Origin: a virus
Lineage: Duplodnaviria; Caudoviricetes
Length of the DNA stretch: 36,058 bases
Virus record (IMG/VR): IMGVR_UViG_3300012894_000015
Coordinates: 1-36,058 of that record
Strand: one strand, 5' to 3'
Positions 1 to 8,433 of this stretch are shown here, in pieces. A program made the translations under genes and the position numbers. Position 1 is the stretch's first letter. Every line of letters starts with the position of its first letter. The notes beneath the pieces were generated by a model. That model ran no database searches. It was not told the origin of the DNA and worked only from the letters and a program-made list of their open reading frames with translations.

Positions 1-59
1 GCGTCGACCTGTCCGAGGATCTCCAGAATCTGCGATTCGGTGTACCGTTTTCCTTTCAT
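1..59 (-). CDS. IS3-family transposase OrfA, N-terminal fragment
   Basis: ATG at 59-57 after CAGGAGGGGCA. Translates MKGKRYTESQILEILGQVD, the typical OrfA/HTH_Tnp_1 start (MK..R(F/Y)TE.QI..IL). Confidence 0.8.
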   Translation of the reverse strand, partial: MKGKRYTESQILEILGQVD

Positions 60-121
60 TGCCCCTCCTGATTGCCCATCGTGTCGCAATCGGAATGGAC
101 CTAGAAACGGGGGTCACGTCA
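1..121 (-). mobile_element. Left end of an IS3-family insertion sequence (truncated by window edge)
   Basis: Minus strand from 121 reads TGACGTGACCCCCGTTTCTAGGTCCA, matching the 5'-TG..CCCC terminal inverted repeat style of IS3/IS407 elements. It is followed by an AGGAGG RBS and an OrfA-like start. Confidence 0.75.
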
Positions 122-146
122 ACCCCTACCCCACAGGAGACGGACG

Positions 147-1094
147 ATGACGACAAAAGACGACCGACCGGCGAACCACCTGAACGCAGCTGCCACTGGT
201 CCTGCCTTCCATGTACAGGGCACGCGGGTTGAGTTGCTGCTGCTGAAGTCCTGCCTTGCCGCGTGGCTGGATGAGGCAACCGACACCGACTACGAGCGCT
301 CGAGCACGGTGGGCGACATCATCGAGGGCCAGCAGGTCGGTGTGTGGGAGATTGCCCTCGACGCTCCCGTCGGTTACTTGAGTGCCGCTCTCGCAGAGGC
401 TGAGGCGGGCAAGGTGGCAGTCCTGGAAGGAGAAGTCGAGCGGCTGAGGGAGCGGGTGACAGCTCTTCAAAATGACCACCTCAGGGCCATTCGGGCCGGG
501 CGTGAGCTGCGGGCGACAGACGAGCACGCGGGGGTCATGGCTGTACTGGTCGCTCGGACTGCTTACTCCGTAGAGCGAAACGATGCGCTGTGGGTCAATC
601 CATTTGAGGCTCAGCACTTGCTCGCCGCGCTCCGCCACCTCGCTGCGGCCCAGGCCGAGCGTGAGTTGGGATCAGAAGAATCCATTTCTAAATTCATCCT
701 TGAGCTCGTGGCGATCATTGGTCGACGGGACATTCAGGAGATGCGCCACGCGCTCGAGCGCTCCAGCAAGATCTCACTCGAACACGTTTCTGGAAAGATT
801 CGAACGGAGTACGGCTTGGTCATCAGCGACCTGTTCGCGGCGCTCGCCACGGCTCAGGCGGGACAGGCAGCAACTTGGAATGCCGCGCCATTGGGGCGCT
901 GGCTGCACGAGAAATCAAGCCGGAGTTATGACGGACTCGGGATTGCTTTGGTCCAGACGAGTACCGGCCCGCTGTATGAAAACGATCAAGTCATGGTCTA
1001 TCGCGGCCCTTCTGGAGCATGGTTCGTCAGGAGATTAGGGACAGATTTTCGAGCACGCTTCGCACTGGTACCGACTGACGAGGCTTCCCAGTGA
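147..1094 (+). CDS. Phage hypothetical protein with coiled coil and C-terminal DUF1653-like domain
   Basis: AGGAG RBS. C-terminus GRWLHEKS..Y..LGIA....VMVYR...GAWFVR....F..RF resembles the DUF1653 pattern. Confidence 0.65.
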   Translation: MTTKDDRPANHLNAAATGPAFHVQGTRVELLLLKSCLAAWLDEATDTDYERSSTVGDIIEGQQVGVWEIALDAPVGYLSAALAEAEAGKVAVLEGEVERLRERVTALQNDHLRAIRAGRELRATDEHAGVMAVLVARTAYSVERNDALWVNPFEAQHLLAALRHLAAAQAERELGSEESISKFILELVAIIGRRDIQEMRHALERSSKISLEHVSGKIRTEYGLVISDLFAALATAQAGQAATWNAAPLGRWLHEKSSRSYDGLGIALVQTSTGPLYENDQVMVYRGPSGAWFVRRLGTDFRARFALVPTDEASQ

Positions 1095-1489
1095 CCGCCC
1101 CCAAGAAGCGTGCAGCCGACTCGCGGCGGAAGGGAGCCGACGCTGAGCGGGAGCTGGCGAAGAAGCTCACCGAGCTGGGCTTTCCGGCCGAGCGAGGCCA
1201 GCAGAAGAGGGGTGGGGCCGACAGTCCGGACGTCATTTGCCCGGCCCTCGCTGGGTTCCACATCGAGGCGAAGATCACGCAGGCCTGCAAGATGCACAGC
1301 CCGGCCATGTTGGCCCAGTGGGACGCCCAGGCCAGGCGCGACAGCGAGGGCAAGAGCGTGCCGTTGGTCATTCACCGTTGGAGCCGTCAGACGATCTGGT
1401 GGGTGCGGGTGCTGCTGCCCGGCTGCCCGCCGGTGTGGCTGACCCTGCCTGACTTCTTGAGCAACCTCACCCTTTGGAGAAGATCATGA
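1091..1489 (+). CDS. Hjc-type PD-(D/E)XK Holliday junction resolvase/endonuclease
   Basis: SRRKGADAERELAKKL ... SPDVI ... HIEAK motifs. GTGA overlap with the upstream gene. Confidence 0.8.
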   Translation: MTAPKKRAADSRRKGADAERELAKKLTELGFPAERGQQKRGGADSPDVICPALAGFHIEAKITQACKMHSPAMLAQWDAQARRDSEGKSVPLVIHRWSRQTIWWVRVLLPGCPPVWLTLPDFLSNLTLWRRS

Positions 1490-1761
1490 CCGGAAGAGAT
1501 CGCCGTCAGACCCGCAAGCTTGTCACCGACCGTAAGTCCACCCAGCCCGCCGCGGTGAAGCCCAGAACCAACCGCATCTGGGACACGCCCACGCTCGAGC
1601 GTGCAGCGGTTCCGGCCGCTGACACTCGCGCGCTGACTGTCGAGTACACGGCGCTGCGCCTGCTCGAAGCCCTGATCCGGAAGGATGGCCGGATGGCGCT
1701 GATGTCAGTCGACGACTGCACCAGCGCAGCGAAGCAGCTGCTGCGAGAGGCGCGGGAATGA
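1486..1761 (+). CDS. Hypothetical protein
   Basis: GGAGA RBS, ATG at 1486, ATGA overlaps at both ends. Confidence 0.7.
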   Translation: MTGRDRRQTRKLVTDRKSTQPAAVKPRTNRIWDTPTLERAAVPAADTRALTVEYTALRLLEALIRKDGRMALMSVDDCTSAAKQLLREARE

Positions 1762-1991
1762 GCGGTGGTCAGTCAGACCTCACGACACTGCCGGTCAGTT
1801 CTGAGGTACCGGAGAGTCAGGTGATCGCCAACGTCCTGCGCGAGTTGCAGAAATACCCGATCTCGACCAGTTGGGTTCGTGACCCGCAGTTGATCGCCGA
1901 CGCTAAGAAGTACGGCGCTGAGGCAACTGTTCGGTGTCTCTATGAATTCCGGATGCTGCCGAGCGACGTCGCCGAGCGGTTCATCCGTTGA
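1758..1991 (+). CDS. Hypothetical protein
   Basis: ATGA coupling with the upstream ORF, 77 aa. Confidence 0.65.
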   Translation: MSGGQSDLTTLPVSSEVPESQVIANVLRELQKYPISTSWVRDPQLIADAKKYGAEATVRCLYEFRMLPSDVAERFIR

Positions 1992-2020
1992 CCCTCACCC
2001 TTACACCGGAGGCCCGATCC

Positions 2021-2755
2021 ATGTCTTTACGTCTCGCACCCTTCCAGCCCTCCAATGAAGACAAGGCCCGCATCAACGCTGTGGCTGAGGCTATTGCCCT
2101 GAACCGCGTCTACCACCCGCGCTCGAAGCCGCTTGTCAGCGCCGAGGTGCGTGAACTGGTGCAGGCGGCGGCCGTCGAGGCCGGTGCTGATCCAGTGGTC
2201 GAGCGGCCCAGTCAGCCCAGGGCCAGCACTGATGGGCAGGCCGCCGATTATCACGGCCGGGCCTTCATCCGCCTGACCCGCCAAGTGCTTGCCGAGGTGC
2301 AGGCCGGTCGAGGAGGTGAACCGCATACACGCGATCTGGCGTGCAAGGCGCAAGACCACGAGCTGGAGATGCGGCGGCTGTCCGGCGAGAAGGGCGAGCG
2401 CCGTCCGCGCGAAGGTTCGATGTTCGAGTTCAAGTTCGGGCGTCAAACGCTGGCCTTCGAGCTGCGCCTGCGCTTTGGGCCGAACAGCGGCCACCTGTAT
2501 GCCTGGAGCGAGGCGCTACATGATCTGGACGATGACGCACGGCGCAGTCTTGGCCGCTGGTGCAGCAGCGTGAGTCCTGAGGAGCGGGGTACGCCTGGAC
2601 GGGTACCGGACAGCGGCGAGCTGATCTACCGGCAGCACAAGGGCACGCTCGAACTTCGTGCAGCGATCGCTACCCGGTACCCAGGACTGGCCCTGGCGCT
2701 GCATTTGCTGGCGCTCTCAGCTTGGCCCGTTGAAGTTTCCCCACTATCCGGGTAG
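2021..2755 (+). CDS. Hypothetical protein; last gene before the late region (position typical of a late-transcription regulator)
   Basis: GGAGG at 2008-2012, ATG at 2021 (alternative TTG at 1988). Followed by a terminator. The regulatory role is a positional guess only. Confidence 0.7.
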   Translation: MSLRLAPFQPSNEDKARINAVAEAIALNRVYHPRSKPLVSAEVRELVQAAAVEAGADPVVERPSQPRASTDGQAADYHGRAFIRLTRQVLAEVQAGRGGEPHTRDLACKAQDHELEMRRLSGEKGERRPREGSMFEFKFGRQTLAFELRLRFGPNSGHLYAWSEALHDLDDDARRSLGRWCSSVSPEERGTPGRVPDSGELIYRQHKGTLELRAAIATRYPGLALALHLLALSAWPVEVSPLSG

Positions 2756-2786
2756 TCTTTCTGTAATCCGTAAAACTTGTAAAGCG

Positions 2787-2817
2787 AAAAGAGCGCCCAT
2801 GAGGGCGCTTTCTTTTT
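2787..2817 (+). terminator. Intrinsic terminator (possibly bidirectional)
   Basis: AAAAGAGCGCCC-ATGA-GGGCGCTTTCTTTTT. Confidence 0.85.
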
Positions 2818-2939
2818 GCTGCCGGATTGAGGGGGTTCTCCATGCAGCTCTGAACCCGAATGGAGAAGACTGCTCTGCTGCTGCTGAAGACCCCGAGTCG
2901 CGCGCCCACTGGGGCGGGGGTGAGAAGACGCGACGGTAC

Positions 2940-3009
2940 AGCAGGCCTGCTGGGCAGACCCGAGGCTCATAACCTCGGAAGCCGGGTTCGATTCCCGGGC
3001 TTGCAACCA
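2940..3009 (+). tRNA. tRNA-Met(CAU), initiator-like, with shortened D-arm
   Basis: Acceptor AGCAGGC/GCTTGCA plus A-CCA; anticodon arm CGAGG-CTCATAA-CCTCG; T arm CCGGG-TTCGATT-CCCGG. The D region is only 14 nt. Confidence 0.85.
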
Positions 3010-3014
3010 AAGAT

Positions 3015-3038
3015 ATCGCCTTCCAATTGGAAGGCGAT
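3015..3038. terminator. Perfect 24-bp palindrome, probable terminator between convergent tRNA and moron
   Basis: ATCGCCTTCCAATTGGAAGGCGAT is its own reverse complement and has AT-rich flanks. Confidence 0.7.
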
Positions 3039-3052
3039 TATTATCCAAAAAG

Positions 3053-3466
3053 TTAAAATGCGTTCGTCTCTACCCAATCTTCAACATATTTTATTACTCT
3101 GCTCGCATCCGAATCTTCAAAACGAGTCTCATCAGTTTTTAGATTCGGAGTAGCGTGAATATGAATTTTTCCGCTTTGTACATTTTTGATAAAGTCAATG
3201 TGTCCGAAAACTGCGGTTAAACGAAAAGTTGGATTTCCTTCTCTATCTTCTCCCAAATGGCTAACAGCGGCCGAAATTCCGACTTTTTCCATTGAACCTG
3301 CTAACTGTATGATTGGTCCATAAAACTTTTCCGAAAAGACTCGACTCATTTCGTCGGTTCTTAGTTTTAATTGCTCCTGAGATAAAACTTTCTTGGATTC
3401 GGCGTCAATGCGTTTATCTTCTGCATCCTGTTTCAGATTCCTCAACCGCGTTTCGAAATCAGTCAT
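3053..3466 (-). CDS. AT-rich moron, hypothetical protein (137 aa)
   Basis: Clean ORF with a charged helical N-terminus and beta-rich C-terminus, visibly lower GC than its flanks. TAAAAT lies 5 nt upstream of the ATG (leaderless). Confidence 0.8.
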   Translation of the reverse strand: MTDFETRLRNLKQDAEDKRIDAESKKVLSQEQLKLRTDEMSRVFSEKFYGPIIQLAGSMEKVGISAAVSHLGEDREGNPTFRLTAVFGHIDFIKNVQSGKIHIHATPNLKTDETRFEDSDASRVIKYVEDWVETNAF

Positions 3467-3507
3467 GTCTAATTTTACTCTGTTTGCTCACTCAGGGAGG
3501 TGACCGC

Positions 3508-4242
3508 ATGCCCAACACACCAGCAGTCGAGAGCACGGCCCTCCCGACCTTGAGTAACCGACACGCTGCATTTATCGAGGCGTACTTCGCCTGCAACATG
3601 AATGCTGCGGCGGCCGGGCGAGCAATGGGGTACAAGAACCACTCGGAGGGATACCGGCTGCTGCAGCGCGAGGACGTCTCGGCGCACATCTCGGCGCGCA
3701 TGGCCCAGTACATGAGCAAGGAAGAAGTCTTGCAGCGTCTGACCGCATTGGGCCGGGTCTCAGGTGAAGACTTCATCGAGACGTTGACCCGTGAAGTGCC
3801 CGTCTTCGAGCAGCGCCCGCTCGAGCTGAAGATCGCGAACCTGCAGCGCCAGGTCAACACGCTGACCGGCCTGGGGGCCGATCTGCACAAGGGTCGGATC
3901 GCCGGCCTCGCCTCGCAGATCACCGATCTGGAAACACAGCTGGCACTCGACCCCGTCGCCACCTATCAGGTGCAGGTCGGCACGCGCACCGAGGAGTACG
4001 AGGCGCCGAGTCTCGAAGCCGGCCGACGCTCAGGCAAGCTGTTTGCGGTCAAGAAGGTCAAGTACGGCAAAGATGGCATCGAGTTCGAGTGGCAGACCGC
4101 GGCTGAGGCGCTGGCCTTGATCGGCAAGCACCACAAGCTGTTCACCGAGCGCGTCGAGATGTCCGGGAACAACGGTGGCCCCGTGCAGGTGCAGGTCACC
4201 CGCCGGATCGTGTCCACCTCCGCAGCGCGTGGTGAAGAATGA
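3508..4242 (+). CDS. terS: Terminase small subunit
   Basis: GGAGGTGA RBS, ATG at 3508. Motifs F..AY....NA..A.R..GY, EEVLQRLTALG and ALALIGKHHKLFTERVE. Lies directly upstream of TerL. Confidence 0.9.
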   Translation: MPNTPAVESTALPTLSNRHAAFIEAYFACNMNAAAAGRAMGYKNHSEGYRLLQREDVSAHISARMAQYMSKEEVLQRLTALGRVSGEDFIETLTREVPVFEQRPLELKIANLQRQVNTLTGLGADLHKGRIAGLASQITDLETQLALDPVATYQVQVGTRTEEYEAPSLEAGRRSGKLFAVKKVKYGKDGIEFEWQTAAEALALIGKHHKLFTERVEMSGNNGGPVQVQVTRRIVSTSAARGEE

Positions 4243-5606
4243 TCACCCTCGATCTGACCTACAGCGCAGCGCAGAACGCGGCGTTTTTCGATCACCCGCC
4301 CGGTAAGTACTTCATCTACCCGAAGGGCCGGCGCGTGGGCTTCACGCGAGGCGGCATGCAGGCGGCGTGTGAGTGGGCGCTCGAGGGGCTGGCCGTGTTG
4401 TGGGGCGACACCATCGCGGTGAACATCCGCAAGTACGTCGAGCGCTACGCCCTGCCGTTCCTGCAGCAGCAGAAGATTCCGCACGCCTGGAACGTGGTCG
4501 AGAAGACGCTTCGCTTCGAGACCGGCGGCTTCATCGACTTCCGCTCGGCCGACAACCCGGAGAACTGGGAGGGCTTCGGCTACCACAAGGTGCTGCTTAA
4601 CGAGGCGGGCATCATCCTGGAGGGCGAGAACGGCCGGTACCTGTACCAGAACGCGGTGTTGCCGATGTTGCTGGACTTCGACGAGAGCGAGCTGTATGCC
4701 TTCGGGGTGCCCAAGGGCACGACCAACCTGTTCTATGACCTGCACCAGCGGGCCAGCACGGGGCAGGCCGAGTATCACAGCCGGACGTTCACCAGCCACG
4801 ACAGCCCCTGGCTCGGCGCGAAAGCCCTGGCCGGGCTGATCGAGGAGATGCGCACCCTCGGTGGGCAGCTGCTGGTCGATCAGGAGATCTACGGCAAGTT
4901 CGTGAACATCCAAGGCGGCGGCCTGCGGGTGATTCCCGAAGCCTGGATCCGCCTGGCGCAGCAGCGCTGGCGAGACCGGGTGCAGCCGGAAGGCAAGCCG
5001 GATGCCCTGGGCGTGGACGTGGCCCGCGGCGGTGAGGACACCACGGTGCTGGCCCCCAGGTGGGGCACGTACTTCGGCAAGGTCACCGAGACGCCCGGCA
5101 GCCTGACCCCAGACGGCCCGAGCGTGCGCGACCTGGTCGTGCCCGAGATCGGCCCGAAGACGCGGGTGAACGTCGACATCGTGGGCATCGGCAGCAGCCC
5201 GTTCGACTTCATCAGGCTGGTGCACAAGCCGACCACCGCGCTCAACGGTGGCCTGATGGGCGTCGAGGGTACCGACCGCACCGAGAACTACCAGTTCTAC
5301 AACCTCAGGGCGCTGCTGTACTGGCAGTTCCGCGAGGCACTCGACCCGGACACCGGCCTGGGCCTTGCGCTCCCTCCAGACGAGCAGCTGGTGCAGGACC
5401 TGATCAGCGTCGGCTGGGAACCCAGGGGCGGCAAGATCCTGATCGAGAAGAAAGACGAGATCAAGAAGCGCATCGGGCGCTCGACGAACAGAGGCGACGC
5501 CATCGTGTACGCCTTCCACACGCCTGCCCTACAGGAACACACAGCCACCGGGGCGCGGCTCGCCATGATGGCGGGCGCGCGGCTCGCAGCGCAGAAAAGG
5601 AGGTGA
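4239..5606 (+). CDS. terL: Terminase large subunit
   Basis: Deviant Walker A KGRRVGFT, FRSADNPENWEG, Walker B VLLNEAG, nuclease motifs GVDVARGGED and GRSTNRGDA. Confidence 0.93.
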   Translation: MITLDLTYSAAQNAAFFDHPPGKYFIYPKGRRVGFTRGGMQAACEWALEGLAVLWGDTIAVNIRKYVERYALPFLQQQKIPHAWNVVEKTLRFETGGFIDFRSADNPENWEGFGYHKVLLNEAGIILEGENGRYLYQNAVLPMLLDFDESELYAFGVPKGTTNLFYDLHQRASTGQAEYHSRTFTSHDSPWLGAKALAGLIEEMRTLGGQLLVDQEIYGKFVNIQGGGLRVIPEAWIRLAQQRWRDRVQPEGKPDALGVDVARGGEDTTVLAPRWGTYFGKVTETPGSLTPDGPSVRDLVVPEIGPKTRVNVDIVGIGSSPFDFIRLVHKPTTALNGGLMGVEGTDRTENYQFYNLRALLYWQFREALDPDTGLGLALPPDEQLVQDLISVGWEPRGGKILIEKKDEIKKRIGRSTNRGDAIVYAFHTPALQEHTATGARLAMMAGARLAAQKRR

Positions 5607-5609
5607 GGC

Positions 5610-7073
5610 ATGGAAAAGTTCAGCTTGAACGACCTGATGCGCGAGCGGTACGGCCAGAGCAGCACCGCCCGTAACCTGCAGCTGCGGCCGCAGGCCAGGG
5701 CCTCACCGAGTTCACCCGTCGCGCCCAGTGGGCCGGGCCGGATGGTGCCGCAGGTGATCGTCGACCGCATGCAGCGCCCCGGCCCGCTTCCGAAAGGGCG
5801 GGTCAGTCGGTCTGACAGCGACATCGGTGGCGGCTGGTGGTGGAACACCGGCACCCTCGGCACTCAGGACCGGCAGAGTGTCATCCAGCAGATTCGTGAG
5901 CTGGTGGTCACGGACAGTGACGCGGCCGGAGCGTTGCGCGATCTGGTGGCGCTCGCCAACCCGGGCGTGACGCTGAAGTACACCGGCAGCGACACGGCCA
6001 AGAAGCAGGCGGGCCGCGAGATCGACCGCCTCACTGCCAATCTGGGTGACTTCCCCAGCCTCGACGAGCTGATCAACAACCAGCTGGCCGAGACGTACAT
6101 CGCCGGGGCCAGCAGCGCCGAGTGGTACCCCAACCCGGGCCGCTCGGGTGTCGGGGGCGTCGAGGTGGTGCCGGCCGAGGAGGTGCAGATCCGGCGGGAG
6201 GGCAACGAGCGCAGTTACGTGCAGCTGCGGTACGAGGTGGCCCTCGACAGCCGCACCTTCGCGTACAGCCCCTACGCCACGCGGGGCCGGGATCCGTACG
6301 GCACGCCGGCCATCGTGGCGGCGCTGATCGAGATCCAGCGCAAGGCGGCGCTCACGGTCGGGATCGACAAGGTGATCAACCTGCTCAGTCAGGGCGCCTT
6401 CCTGCAGCTGCAGGTGCCGAAGCCGACGCTCGCCGAACTGAACGTCGAGAGCGAGAACGACCCCGCGTACTGGGAAGCGCTCGCCACCTATTACAACGCG
6501 TACGTGGATCTGGCCGTCAGCTCCCGCGAGGCCGGGGTCATGGTCACTGAAGATGGTGTGGAGGGCAAGGCCTTACCCCTGACCGGCAACGTGTCCGGGC
6601 TGGCCGAGCTCAAGAACCTGAACAGCCTCAGCGTCTGGTCGGCGGTCCTGACCCTCCCGTTCATGCGGGGAAAGATGGACAGCACGACCCAGGCCCTGGC
6701 CCAGGTGGTCTACCCGATCCTGCTGGCCCACGCCATCAACATGCAGACCGTGGTGAAGCGGGTCATCGAGTTCGGCCTGAACCTGCACCTGCAGCTGTGC
6801 GGGATCGCGGCCAGCGTCGAGCTGGACTTCCTGGCCGCACCCAACCCCTTCCAGGAGAGCGAGGCGAAAGCCGCGCTGCTGAATGCCCAGACCGACGCCA
6901 TCTACATCGCGCAACTCGGTGACGAGTACGTGCAGAAGGTGGCCACGCGCATGGGCGTCGATCCGGCGAAGGTTCAGGCCTGGCGCAAAGCCAACCCGCC
7001 CGCTCCGCCCCCGCTCACGGTCAAGGATGACGTGAAGACGAACGAAGACTCTGGAGGTGGTGCCGATGCTTGA
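5610..7073 (+). CDS. Portal protein
   Basis: AGGAGG RBS, 487 aa, sits between TerL and the protease. PYGTP motif. Confidence 0.8.
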   Translation: MEKFSLNDLMRERYGQSSTARNLQLRPQARASPSSPVAPSGPGRMVPQVIVDRMQRPGPLPKGRVSRSDSDIGGGWWWNTGTLGTQDRQSVIQQIRELVVTDSDAAGALRDLVALANPGVTLKYTGSDTAKKQAGREIDRLTANLGDFPSLDELINNQLAETYIAGASSAEWYPNPGRSGVGGVEVVPAEEVQIRREGNERSYVQLRYEVALDSRTFAYSPYATRGRDPYGTPAIVAALIEIQRKAALTVGIDKVINLLSQGAFLQLQVPKPTLAELNVESENDPAYWEALATYYNAYVDLAVSSREAGVMVTEDGVEGKALPLTGNVSGLAELKNLNSLSVWSAVLTLPFMRGKMDSTTQALAQVVYPILLAHAINMQTVVKRVIEFGLNLHLQLCGIAASVELDFLAAPNPFQESEAKAALLNAQTDAIYIAQLGDEYVQKVATRMGVDPAKVQAWRKANPPAPPPLTVKDDVKTNEDSGGGADA

Positions 7074-8430
7074 ACTGGTGCAGCGACTTGTCTACAACCA
7101 GCCCTGGTTGATTTCCGAATCGGGGCTGAACCTCATCACCGGCATTGTCGAGGCGCATCTCTCCGGAGTGCGCCTTTCTCCTGCCGAGGCCCAGGCCAAG
7201 GCAGACAGCCGCCAGTACGGTACGGCCGGCGCCGAGGCCCCGAAGCAGGTGGCGCTGATCAACCTGCACGGCCCGATCATGAACCGCTCCGGCGACAACA
7301 TGATGCTGAGCGGCAGCACCGACCCGCAGGCGTTCGCCCGCGTGGTCCGGGCCGCGGCTGACAACCCCGACATCGGGCGGATCGTGATCAGCGTCGACAG
7401 TCCCGGCGGCACGGTGGCCGGGACCCGCGCGGCCGGTGATGCGGTGGCCTACGCCCGAAGCAAGAAAGACGTGGTGGCGGTGGCCGATGAACTGGCCGCC
7501 AGCGCCGCGTACTGGATCGCCTGTCAGGCCACCACCCTCGTTGCCACGCCAGGTGCGGTGCTCGGCTCGATCAGCGTGATCATGGCCATGAAAGACACGT
7601 CCGGAAAGGAAGCCAAAGACGGCATCCAGACCCATGTGCTCAGAAGTGGCCCGCTGAAAGCCCTCGGCCAGCCCGGCGAGGTCATCACCGACGAGACCCT
7701 CGCGCACTACGCCGAGACCATGAACACCTTCCACGAACAGTTCGTGCAGGCGGTCGCGTCCGGCCTGCAGATCACCTCCGAACAGGCCAGCAAGCTCGCC
7801 ACCGGTCAGACCTGGATCGGCCAGGGTGCGGTCGACGCCGGGGTCGCTCACCGGGTCGGCACGCTTCAGGGCGCGCTGCTCGGTGAGTACAGCTCGCAGG
7901 CGGCCCCCGCCCTGGCTCGCCCCGCTGCCCGCGCCGCCTCTCACACCCCCACAGGAGGGACACGTATGGATCCAGCAGTTCTCGCCATGCTCGGCCTCAG
8001 TGCCGACGCCACCGCACAGGAGATTCTCGCCGCGATCAAGCAGCGAGAAGTCACCGCCGCAACCACCCAGCAGGCGAACATGCTCGCCGCCCTGGGCCTG
8101 ACCGCCGAGACGGGTACCGAGGCCGATCTGAAGGCCTTCGCCCGTCAGGCTGCTGACGGTGCCGCTTACCGCGCCGATCTGCTCGAGCAGATGGGCAAGC
8201 TGACCATCACCACCGAGGGCAACGGCCCCGAGGGGATCGCCGCATCCGAGCGGGTCGTCAAGGTCTACGCCTCGGCCGACGTCGAGGTCCTGGCCGCCGA
8301 GGTGGCCCGCCTGGAAGCCAAGCGGGACAACCTGCCCAACGCCGCGCTGAGTCAGCACGGCACCGACACGAAGCCCGCCAAGAAGCTGCCCAGCATGGCA
8401 GCCTTCGGCTTCAACCCGGCACGGAGGTAA
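7066..8430 (+). CDS. S49 (SppA/ClpP-like) head maturation protease fused to scaffold
   Basis: VDSPGGTV, AASAAYWIA, GSISV and TGQTWIGQGAVDAGVA motifs. GGAGG RBS. Confidence 0.93.
   Translation: MLELVQRLVYNQPWLISESGLNLITGIVEAHLSGVRLSPAEAQAKADSRQYGTAGAEAPKQVALINLHGPIMNRSGDNMMLSGSTDPQAFARVVRAAADNPDIGRIVISVDSPGGTVAGTRAAGDAVAYARSKKDVVAVADELAASAAYWIACQATTLVATPGAVLGSISVIMAMKDTSGKEAKDGIQTHVLRSGPLKALGQPGEVITDETLAHYAETMNTFHEQFVQAVASGLQITSEQASKLATGQTWIGQGAVDAGVAHRVGTLQGALLGEYSSQAAPALARPAARAASHTPTGGTRMDPAVLAMLGLSADATAQEILAAIKQREVTAATTQQANMLAALGLTAETGTEADLKAFARQAADGAAYRADLLEQMGKLTITTEGNGPEGIAASERVVKVYASADVEVLAAEVARLEAKRDNLPNAALSQHGTDTKPAKKLPSMAAFGFNPARR
7966..8430 (+). CDS. Nested in-frame scaffolding protein (lambda Nu3-like)
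   Basis: AGGAGGGA RBS then in-frame ATG at 7966, after an Ala/Pro linker. Confidence 0.75.
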   Translation: MDPAVLAMLGLSADATAQEILAAIKQREVTAATTQQANMLAALGLTAETGTEADLKAFARQAADGAAYRADLLEQMGKLTITTEGNGPEGIAASERVVKVYASADVEVLAAEVARLEAKRDNLPNAALSQHGTDTKPAKKLPSMAAFGFNPARR

Positions 8431-8433
8431 GCC

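Noticed and set aside
2757-2776. Deinococcus RDRM (DdrO box)-like TTCTGTAATCCGTAA
   Set aside because: Half-site spacing gives 15 bp rather than the 17-bp motif.
2884-2927. Hammerhead-like CTGAAGA followed by a CCCC/GGGG stem
   Set aside because: No GAAA after stem II and no stems I/III.
2940-3009. tRNA as prophage attachment site
   Set aside because: It lies inside the phage gene order, no duplicate 3' end was seen in the window, and there is no adjacent integrase.
3313-3507. Upstream extension of TerS in the ORF track
   Set aside because: It overlaps the antisense moron. The strong RBS supports ATG 3508.
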